The notes under the pieces were generated by a model, which did not search any database, had not been told where the DNA came from, and saw only the letters and a program-made list of their open reading frames with translations. Positions 53,345-64,000 of a stretch of DNA of 64,000 nt are shown piece after piece. Each line of letters begins with the position of its first letter. Positions within the stretch are counted from its first letter, which is position 1. The DNA lies in contig OZ024742.1 in NCBI GenBank assembly GCA_964016885.1, forward strand, positions 190,154,001-190,218,000, given 5' to 3'. The DNA is from Eledone cirrhosa. Its lineage: Eukaryota. The position numbers were made by a program, and so were the translations under genes.

Positions 53345-56300
53345 AAAAAAAACAACAAAAAGAAAACCCCGTGACGAAGAAATACCGGGATGGCGGCCGG
53401 CGGGGAATAGCCATGTCTCTAGGGGAGAACGACCCCTCTAGTCTTGGTTGACACTCGTTCTAGAAGTTGTAACACGAAATGATTACCCCTTGGCGGATAA
53501 GGATAAAACGCAACAAAATAAAGTAAATGTCTAATGATAAAATCTCATACCGGATCGGCCGTCACCCGGGTAAAAAAGGGCCGCGTCCCTCAGAGAGGAA
53601 CCAGACTGGGGTCGAAAAATCAGTTAATGGTTCAAACCTTCCCATCACTTCGGAGCTGGAGACCTCCCATAACCGGAATACTCCTACTGTTGGCCCTCCA
53701 TGCTCACCACCAAGAAATCCAAAGAAAAAGAGAGAAAAATGGTCAAGGGAAGATAATAAAGAAGTCCTTGAGGCTTTCTACACTGCCATGTACTACCCAT
53801 CAAATACATCGAATACAGAACAAACATATATCAACTGGAAAAAGAAACATCCCGAAAACAGAGGCTATATTGACAGTAACAAACTAGCCAATATACGAAG
53901 AAATATGGTAAGAAAAAAGTTACTAACTGATATAGAAATTGATCAGATCAAGCTAGTAGCACAAAGTCAGCGAAGGGAAAATGAAGCATGTGTCAGTGAA
54001 AACGAGGTAAACTGTAACACTTCGAATCCCAGGGTTGGGGCGGAATCACTGGCAACAGAACAAATTAAAGAAAGGAGCGAAAAAGTGGAGGGAGTGCATG
54101 CTCAGGATGAAACTCCAAATGAAAATAATGAGATCGTAAATGATAAAGAAATGAATGAGAATGAACTTGCCAACTTGAAGGATGAAATTATGATCGAATG
54201 GATGAAAATGAAAGAATCTGACATGGGGCAACGGGACACCCTCCCTAAGATCCAGAACTCCAAACAGAACCAAAAGATAATACACAAGACTAACATAATT
54301 CTCAAAAACATTATCATCACAAACAAACTAAACATTACTGACTTAAATCATCTCTATTATGCATCGGCTAAAGTCACCACTCACTTATGTGGAGTGAAGA
54401 TGAAAAAACAAAGGAATTCCCACAAGAAATCTACTTGGCAAGATAACATCAATCGCCAAATAAACCTTCTCCGATCTGACATAGAAATTTTAACAAACTA
54501 TAAAGTAGGTGAACATGTTAAACAAACTAAACTTAGAAAATTGAAAAAAAAGTACAGTATAAGATCAACATGTGACATAGACATGCTGATAGAAACAATC
54601 AAGCAAAAAGTGTCGGCCAAAGCTGCTTGTATAAGGCGCTTTGAAAAACGATCTAGATTCTATAAGGATAATAATATGTTCAAAAACAACCAAAGAAACT
54701 TCTACAGAAAAATTGGTAAGTCAACAATAACTGCTAAATCAATACCACCCAAGGAGGAAGTGCAAGAATTCTGGGAAAAGATCTGGGCCGAAGAAAAAGT
54801 TCATAACATACATGCCCCATGGATAGACAGACAAATGAAAGAAACAGCTCACCTGGAAGAACAAACATGGGAAAATATAACAGTTGAACAGTTGCGCTTG
54901 GCTCTAAGAAAAACCAGCAAATGGAAATCCCCAGGAAAAGACAAAATACAAAACTTTTGAATAAATGCCTTCACAGAGTCTCATGAGCTGTTAGCCCAAC
55001 TTTACAATGAAATAGTTAAGGAGCCAGAAAAGATACCATCATGGCTAGTTAACGGCATTACATTCCTGCTACCGAAGAATGATGAGACAAACAATCCCAA
55101 AAATTACAGACCGATAACCTGCTTGACCACAATGTATAAAATTTTAATATCAGTCCTAACAGAATACACATATGACCACCTGATAACAAATGACCTATTT
55201 CCCGTTGAGCAGAAAGGGTGTAAACGAGGCTCATATGGCTGTAAGGATCAGCTTCTGGTTAACAAAATGATACTGGAAGATTGTCATAATAGACACAAAA
55301 ATCTATCGATTGCTTGGATAGATTATAAAAAAGCATTCGATAGTTTGCCACACAGTTGGATTGAAAAATGTTTAGAGATTTTCAAAATATCCCCCGTTGT
55401 CAGGAGGTTTTTGTCATTCAGTATGAAGACATGGAGAACGACACTCCTTTTGAATAGTGAAACAAAATCACTGGAAGCTGGAGAAGTTAATATTAATTGT
55501 GGAATTTTTCAGGGTGACTCTTTATCACCGCTTTTATTCTGCATCGCACTTATACCATTAAGTAAAATGCTCAATGAAACAAAACATGGATATAGAGTCT
55601 ATGACAAAACCATTAATCACCTGTTCTACATGGATGACCTGAAACTATTTGCAAAAAATGATGAACAATTGCAAGGGCTATTATCCACTGTGAAGCAGTT
55701 CAGTGATGACATTAAAATGGAGTTTGGACTGGATAAATGCGCCAAAGCAACATTCACCAGAGGAAAGCTGCTGAAGAGTTCAGACATTAATCTTGATCGG
55801 GGGAACGTGATAAGAGAGCTTGATCAAGAAAAAACTTACAAATATCTAGGTGTTTGTGAAGGAGACGGAATCAAGCACTCGACAATGAGGGAAAGGATAA
55901 GGAAGGAATGTTACCGCAGAGTCAGAGCAATCTTAAGAACGGAATTGAATGCAAGGAATAGGATCGATGCCATAAACACGCTTGCCATACCAGTAGTAAC
56001 CTACAATTACAATGTCATCAACTGGTCAAGCACAGAGATCCGTAGGCTCGATACAAAAATCCGAAAATTCCTAACCATGCACAGAATGCATCACCCTAAG
56101 GCAGACATAGATAGAATATATCTCCCTAGGAAAGAAGGAGGACGTGGGTTAATCCAGTTAGACATTGCGTTGAAAACTGCAACAATTGGATTATCCACAT
56201 ATCTAAGGGAATCACATGATTGGATGATCAAACTCGTTTTGAAACACGAAAGCACCAAAAGATCATATTCCATTACAAAAGATGCACAAAGATACAGTAA

Positions 56301-57312
56301 TGGACTACAAAGTTCGGAAGTCCCATTTACTGCTGAAATGGAAAACACAGAAAAAGCAAAGCAGGTAAAAGTAACTGCAAAGAAAGAACTGCTACAGAAA
56401 CTGGCTAAGAAATGGGAAGAAAAGCCTCTGTATGGATAATACCCAGAGCGAGCTAACAATCCTGATGTTGACAAAACTTTAACCCATCAGTGGTTGGCAT
56501 CCTCTGGACTGAAATCGGAGACTGAAGGACTGATTATATCGGCACAAGATCAGTGTCTGCCAACAAAAAATTACCAAGCCAACATAATAAAAAATGGGTG
56601 CAGCCCATTATGCCGTGTATGCAAAAAACAACCAGAGACCATTGACCATATAATTTCAATGTGCAGTCCTATAGCTCCAACCGAATACCTAAACAGGCAT
56701 GACAGAGCTGCACAATATATACATTGGATAATGTCTAAGCATTTTGACCTGCCCCATCAAAAGAATTGGTGGGAGCATCAACCATACTTGAAAAAGATCA
56801 CATCTCAATCTTGTGGAACTTTAGCATCCAAACAGACCGAAAAATAGATGCAAATAGACCTGATATAATATTGAAGGACTTTCAAAGGAGGGTATGCCTG
56901 CTAATTGATATGTCTGTTCCAATAGACAAGAATGTATCTATAAAAACATTTGAAAAATTGAGCAAGTATAAGGACCTGGAGATAGAAATTGGAAAAATGT
57001 GGAAATTGAGAACTAAAACAATACCAGTGGTTGTAGGCGCTCTGGGAATGATACCTAAGGGGTTCTAACTACTACTTATCGCAAATCCCAGGAAACCCGC
57101 GTATAGGAGAAATACAAAAGATAGTACTAATGGGAACTGCCCATATACTAAGGAAGATCCTGTCAATATAAGTACATCACAAGTCTAAACACTAAGGATG
57201 CATGTGTGAATATGTATGTTCTTTCTTGAACATGGCGGACTTTGGTGTCTCTTGAGGTCACTGGTTGTGACTTGGTGATAACTCGTATGAACATAAAGCA
57301 AGATAAATGCAA
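53345..57312 (+). mobile_element. Near full-length R4/Dong-like RLE non-LTR retrotransposon, family B (5' end approximate)
   Basis: GC-rich 5' UTR, long ORF, ~140-nt 3' UTR and TAA tail at 57313-57327. Confidence 0.93.
53527..57171 (+). pseudogene. Family B polyprotein (RT + CCHC + RLE) with two in-frame stops and two 3' frameshifts
   Basis: ORFs 53527, 55123 and 56494 share a frame. Motifs: WKSPGKDKIQNF, EQKGCK, WIDYKKAFDSLPH, GIFQGDSLSPLLF, FYMDDLKL, CRVCKKQPETIDHIISMC, RHD, RPDII...IDMSVP. There is a 7-nt deletion near 56780 relative to copy B2. Confidence 0.93.
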
Positions 57313-57327
57313 ATAGTAATAATAATA

Positions 57328-59596
57328 TGGAAAGCTTGAGTCCCTACTGAATGGGACACTAAAAAACATAGACACTAAAAATAGATTGGAAATAAAGTAC
57401 AAAACTAGGAGGAAAAAGCTAAATATTATCATAGAGAAACTGAAGCAACGCATTGTAGCAAAGAGTGCAAAAATTAGGTGATACGAGAGCAGAGTCAGTC
57501 AGTATAGACAGAACCGCATGTTTGACAATGACCAGAAGATGCTGTTTGGACAGCTTGAAGGGAAAGAAAGAGGCGACGACTTGATCCCTGAGGCGGAACA
57601 AACTAAGACATTCTGGAGAGGAATATGGGAGCAGGATGTTAAACATAATGACCAGGCAGTGTGGATTGAGACAGTACAAAAGGAGATTAGTGAACAGGCA
57701 CACCAACAAACTGATTTGAGTATCACAGTTGAAACTCTTAAGGAGCAGGCCAAAAAACTAACCAACTGGAAATCACCAGGCCCAGATGGTGTGCAGGGGT
57801 ATTGGATTAAAAATATAACATCCCTCCACCCGAAACTGACAACCATGTTCAATGACTGCTTGATGTCAGGTGAGGTACCAGAGTGGTTGACAAAAGGTAC
57901 GACAGTTCTGGTAATGAAAGACCAAATCAAGGGTAATGATGTTACCAACTATAGACCTATCACATGTCTGTCCTCTCTGTTGTTTGTCTTTTCCCTGATT
58001 CCCCTGACCATTATACTGCGAAAAGTGAGAGCAGGATACAAGTTGGGAAAGGGAGAGCTTACCATCAATCACCTCCTCTTCATGGACGATCTTAAACTCT
58101 TCAGGAAGAGTGAGAAGGAGTTGGATGTGCTTGTTGACACTGTCCGTATTTTCAGCAATGATATATGTATGCAATTTGGTATTAGTAAGTGTGAAGTCCT
58201 TGTGATGAAAAGGGGGTAAATTGAGCAGAAGCAACGGAATCCAGGTACCAAAGGTGAGATGATAAAGGAAATTGACACTGAAGAAGGATACAAGTATTTG
58301 GGTGTTCTGGAGGCTGATGACATCAAGAACAAAACAATGAAGGAATTGATAAGATCTGAATACATTCGGAGAGTAAGGAGCGTATTAAAGTCACACCTGA
58401 ACAGTAGGAATGCCATAAGTGCAGTAAATTCCCGAGCTATGTCTATTATTAGGTACAGTGCGGGAATTCTGACATGGAATGTTGCTGAACAAAAAGAAAT
58501 GGATAGGAAGACTAGGAAGCTATTGACTATCTACAATATGTTCCTCAAGAGGAGTGATGTCGATAGACTCTACTTAAGGAGATCTGAAGGTGGAAGAGGT
58601 CTTATCAGCATAGAGGACTGTGTTCAGATGGAGAAAAACAACCTACACAAATACGTGACTGATAGTAAGGAGCCAATGCTCAGAATTGTCTTGAAGGAGA
58701 GGACAATAGACCAGGGCATGTCCAAGGAGGAAATAACAACAAGGAGAAATAGCAGCCTTCAAGAAAAATCCCTTCATAGTACCTTCTTTGAGAAAACTGA
58801 ATTTAGAGATCCACAGACATGGAACTGTTTGAAAAGAGGAAACCTTAAAAAGGCTACAGAAGGAATGCTAATGGCTGCGCAAGAGCAGGCCCTCAAAACG
58901 AAGTGGTTGAAACACCATATTTACAAGGTTGAGGCTAGCCCACTGTGCAGGATCTGTGGAGAGAGAGAGGAGACTGTGGCTCACATTGTATCCGAGTGTA
59001 AACACCTAGCCCAGACTCACTATAAGGGCTGGAGATATGATGTGATGGGCAGGGTGATCCACTGGCACCTATGCAAAGTAAACAATTTACCACATTCTGA
59101 GAAGTGGTATGAGCATAAGCCAGAGTCGGTGATAGAAAACGATCAGGTGAAGGTGCTGTGGGATTTTAGGATACAGACGAACAAAAAACTGGAACACAAT
59201 AGACCTGACCTGGTGGTTTTGGACAAGGAAAAAAGATCGTGCCTGATTGTGGATGTGGCCTGCCCATTCGACACGAGAGTGCAAGAGAAGGAGAGGGAGA
59301 AAATTAACCGATACCAGGACTTAAAGTGGGAGGTAAAAAGGATTTGGAACTGCCATGAAGTCAAAGTGGTCCCGAATGTCATAGGCGCACTAGGTACTAT
59401 CTCAAAAAGTTTCCAGGGATGGTTAAAGAAAATTGGCCCCACCACGCTTTTTGGAACGCTTCAAGAGGCATGCTTGCTGGGAACAGCAAGAACCCTCTGA
59501 TACGTCCTGAATATCTGAGGCTGCAGGTAGTGGCTTGATATTTATTTCAACAAACTTTCCAGTTAACTAACATCAATGACTGAGACTCAAAGAACA
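57328..59596 (+). mobile_element. Family A, 5'-truncated copy with a 387-nt in-frame deletion in RT
   Basis: Matches A1 from ~47955; PITCLS joins directly to SLLFV; ORFs 57518 and 58259; TAA tail. Confidence 0.92.
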
Positions 59597-59617
59597 ATAA
59601 TAATATAATAATAATAA

Positions 59618-59910
59618 TAATAATAATAGTAATAAATGGAATATATATCACTATAGTATCATAATTTATTTCGTTATATATATTTCATGGATTCTAAATT
59701 ATAGTATGCCTTCTCCAGACAAAATACATGTCATACCCGTTTTAAATTGATCGCATGCGGTCTTTTACATGTATGTCATAACATTTTATACATCTAATAT
59801 TGTATTTTGTCTGAAGAAGGCATACTATAATTTAGTATACCTGAAATATATATATCGAACTAAATTATGATGCTATAGTGATATATATTCCATTTATTAC
59901 TATTATTATT
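59618..59910. repeat. ~110-bp inverted repeat, each arm with a hammerhead motif (59667-59726 minus; 59803-59862 plus)
   Basis: Plus copy: TATTTTGT-CTGAAGA-AGGCATACTA-TAATT-TAGTATACCT-GAAA-T-ATAT-ATA. The minus copy has an intact helix I (UAUUUUGU/ACGAAAUA) but core CUGGAGA. Confidence 0.75.
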
Positions 59911-59919
59911 AAAATACAT

Positions 59920-60105
59920 GTGGATTGGCAGTATCGGTAGAGGGTCGGACGCCATGCTTTCCAGTATAGTTACGTCCCTTTACGATCTGAGTTCAAATCC
60001 CGCCGAGGTTGACTTTGCCTTTCATCCTTACGGGGTCGATAAAATAAAGTACCAGTAATGCACTGGGTTATTACTGGCCTTGTGCCTAAAGTAGAAACAA
60101 TTATT
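59920..60105 (+). mobile_element. S1 SINE with a 15-bp target-site duplication
   Basis: ATTATTAAAATACAT at 59905-59919 and 60100-60114; A and B boxes intact. Confidence 0.93.
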
Positions 60106-60315
60106 AAAATACATCAGATAAATTATTTGTCGAGTGCTTTGTATATGTTATGAACATAACTCTGTTGATTACATACCAACAAAGTCTCTAACTCATTGTT
60201 TATGTATATATATATATATATATATATATAATGAAAAATTGAACAGGGACAGAACAGAGAGGCAGTACGATAAATGTTTATTAAATTCACGCTCAGGAGA
60301 GTGGGGGGTAGGTGG

Positions 60316-60356
60316 GGGACGACGTTTCGGGCATAAGCCCTTCTTCAGGTGAGAGT
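60316..60356 (-). ncRNA. Minimal type I hammerhead motif (Penelope-like LTR remnant)
   Basis: Minus strand CTGAAGA-AGGGC-TTAT-GCCC-GAAAC-GTC, followed on that strand by a pyrimidine tract, AATAAA and (TA)n. Confidence 0.65.
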
Positions 60357-61254
60357 TCAAAAGGAGTGTAGGGGAGTGGTGGAGAGACATATAGTGAAAG
60401 GAAACGGTGCGAATGAAAAATTAACAAATAAAGACAAAAATATAATAAATAATAAATAAAAATAAAGCATGATCAAGATACAAGGAATGAGAAAATTTAA
60501 AAATAAAGGCATGATCAAAATAAACTGAAATTAAAAGGGGGGTAAACATTATATATTCACATAATATATGATTTCATAAACACCCTTATTATGCTTAAAG
60601 CTATTAAAGCTATGTTAGTGCTACTGACAATAAATTATTGTGAACATAGTTCGAACGATATGCAAATTAGTATTTCCAACCGATCTTTTCTATTATGATA
60701 AATGTATTCGATGTTCAGAGAGTGGGATTGGCTCCGTGCAAAGCCTTTTCTCACTTAAAAAATCTTCGAGCACATGCATCGTTTCATATGTGACATATTT
60801 TGCGTTGTATGGACTGAAAAGCCACGTCCATTCTGCTCATGCTTAAGTATCTATCGACGGCATTATTCAAAACCGAGCTGCAGCCATCATGTATGTATGT
60901 ATGTGTGTGTGTGTGTGAGTACCATTTGCATGTGTGTGTGTGTTTATGTCCCATAATTTAACGGTTCGACAAAATGAGATCGACAAAATATTTACTAATT
61001 TGAAAAAGAATCAACTGGAGATTCATGCTCCAGTTTCATGTAGTGGTCTAGTATGGTCGAGGTCAATTGTCTAAATCCATTAAAAGAATAAGTAATACCA
61101 TTGTTATAATGTTACTGACTTTCATACAACGTCTTATGGTGTTTGTGGATATTGTTGTTGTTGTTTATTGTCATACCTGTCTAGCTGAACTATGATGAAA
61201 TGCCCTGACTTCTCATGTTGGTGTTCTACAGTCTAAAGTCTGTCTCAAGCCAGG

Positions 61255-61490
61255 AAGCTCATTAGGCCGGTGCTTATTCTAATTTCGTGGCGTGAAGCGA
61301 CTAAGAGTACAAGACTCCCTCGTGGACATGATGCCAGTCCATCGCTGGATTATACCTCGAGCTATTGGTGGTATTCATTTCAAGCTGTGTATACAGGAGG
61401 AACGTGAAATGAAGTGTTTTGCTCAAGAACACAACATACAATCCAGCCCAGGAATCAAACTCCCGACATTATGATCGTAAAAGAAACTCT
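61255..61490 (-). mobile_element. Decayed CORE-type SINE
   Basis: Plus strand ATGAAGTGTTTTGCTCAAGAACACAAC...GGAATCAAACTC is the reverse of a B box plus CORE-like segment. Confidence 0.55.
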
Positions 61491-61498
61491 AGAAAACG

Positions 61499-61960
61499 TT
61501 CTTCTTCTTCTTCTTCTTCTTCTTCTTCTTCTTCTTCTTCTTCTTCTTCTTCTTCTTGAGAGAGTCGTAGGGGCAGATTCCTCAATACTCCTTCCAGCAG
61601 GTCCTGTTAGAATAAACTGTCTCAAACTGATCCGACTGGATCCCCAATGCGAGATCATCCAAGCTCATGGATGTTATCCAACGATCTTGCTCGGAGACTA
61701 CCCCTGGATCTCAAGCAGGTTGGTTTTGCCCGTAAAATCTTTCCAACGATTCTTTCCTGAGACATTGTAACCACATTTTCCTTAGTATCGGAGCTGTGAT
61801 CTCTCAATTCAGAGAAGTAGCCGCTCTATCTGGAATGACTCTCTGATCACCTAGCTACGCACTCTATTGAGTAACGTTACTCCAAAGACCCTTCGGAGGA
61901 ACCTCATCTCGGCCGCTTGTATTCGCGATTATATTCTTTCGGCCATTACGCAAGATTCAT
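61499..61960 (-). mobile_element. RTE-clade LINE 3' end with a (GAA)n tail
   Basis: Minus strand SRIQAAEMRFLRRVFGVTLLNRVRS...IERSQLRY...MSQERIVGKILRAKP; (CTT)n at 61499-61557. Confidence 0.85.
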
Positions 61961-62761
61961 GCTTTTTCCAAAAGAAACAAAAGAGACTAAAAAAAAGGAA
62001 GAAATTCGAATAATTTTAATCATTCGACACAGATTTATCTAGTCTTATAATTTATATTTATTTATAAATTTATTTATATATTTATTTATTTATGTATATA
62101 TTTATTTATTTATTGAAACCAATACCTGACATACAAGACTTACGCATAAAACAGAGATAAACATTTAATGTGAATCTATATTGATAGTTTATTTAAATTT
62201 TATGTTATATGATAAAAATCTTCAATATAAAGTCATCTCATAAGCATAGAGATAACACGACAGAATATTTTTTATTAGTTTCAAACATTTTTTTCTTGAT
62301 TTTGTTGTCGTTGTTGGTTTATTTCCAAGAAATAAGGTACAAAAAAAAAAAGATAGTAAAAAAAAGAGATGAAAAAAGAAATATTTTTCATCAAACTATC
62401 ATTTCCGGTAGAATTTAAAAAAAATCTTTGATCTTCTAGCTTCATAGATTCTTATAACTAAGAATCACTTGAAGATGATTAAACGAAGACAGTGAGTTAA
62501 ACAAAGCTCTAAAGGACCGCCATCTTGTATGAGGTGCAGATATTTTCGCTTGTTTCACTTTCTCGTCTGGATTATATTTTTTTTCGATTTTAAATTTCAG
62601 TTTTAGTAGTATTGTTATTTATATAATTATGTCAGCCTTACATGTATTGTTAGATTTTGATACTAGCTTTTAAACTACATAATGGAAAAAGTTATATACA
62701 ATAACACAACTAGGATATATATGTATGTATATATGAAAAATAAAAAAATCTTCGAAACTTT

Positions 62762-63438
<677 letters not shown>

Positions 63439-64000
63439 TTACACATAAATAAAACCGCCCATATATAAGTCGATGAATGTATATATATATATATATGTAT
63501 ATAAATATAAATTTAATATTTTGTACTAAAACGTTAAAAAAAAAACAAGGTGGTAGATATACAACCAGAAACTTAAATAAACATACACAGGATTATTGTA
63601 TGGCGATAGATATGTGGTGGTGATGGGGGTGGGGTGGGGGTGGGAGGTTAAATTGAGAGAAAAAAGATAAACAACTTTAATCGATATTTCAATTTTTGCT
63701 TGAGATTATACAGAATGGTTCTTTAAAGATCAAAAGTGTTACATTAATGATAATATTTAAATAAAAGTAGACTAAAAATGTAATACAAATCCCACTAAAT
63801 TGTAACATCAACAACACCTGAAACAACTACAGAAGGAATGACATGAAAAATAATTGATAAATCGAAGTGTTTTGTATCGTATGTAAAGACACTTTAAGTA
63901 TCGACATTTTAAATGCGTTGATGTTGCAATGAGCACAGAAGTGTATATATATATATATATACGATATTAAATAAATGGAAACTATATATATAAAACCATA

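Noticed and set aside
46980-53526. HDV-like ribozymes in the 5' UTRs of families A and B
   Set aside because: Hairpins are present, but I could not assemble the nested double pseudoknot by eye; this needs a descriptor search.
47134-59500. Bacterial RT systems (retron, group II intron, DGR)
   Set aside because: RT is followed by CCHC and a PD..D endonuclease, with 5' truncations and TAA tails, which is diagnostic of eukaryotic RLE non-LTR elements.
60540-60860. GIY-YIG remnant next to the 60.3 kb hammerhead
   Set aside because: No recognisable motif in manual translation.

Overview
Eukaryotic, repeat-saturated DNA. The SINE types and microsatellite load suggest a cephalopod (Octopus-like) genome, but this is an inference. 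No conventional host protein-coding gene can be supported, and nearly all ORF-track entries are translations of microsatellites. Main contents: (1) a ~13 kb ACC/AAC/ATC trinucleotide-unit array (1-13038) that keeps phase throughout and contains higher-order duplications; (2) many tRNA-derived SINEs, a decayed CR1/L2-group LINE (~17.6-20.5 kb, minus) and RTE LINE fragments; (3) a 21-unit, 85-bp minisatellite with a variable ~20-nt segment; (4) three inverted-repeat pairs and several solo sites carrying type I hammerhead ribozyme motifs of the Penelope-like (pLTR) kind; (5) a 14-kb head-to-tail stack of six copies of two R4/Dong-like restriction-endonuclease (RLE) non-LTR retrotransposon families, each ending in a (TAA)n tract, with a hammerhead-bearing inverted repeat at each edge. 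Coordinates of decayed elements are approximate.
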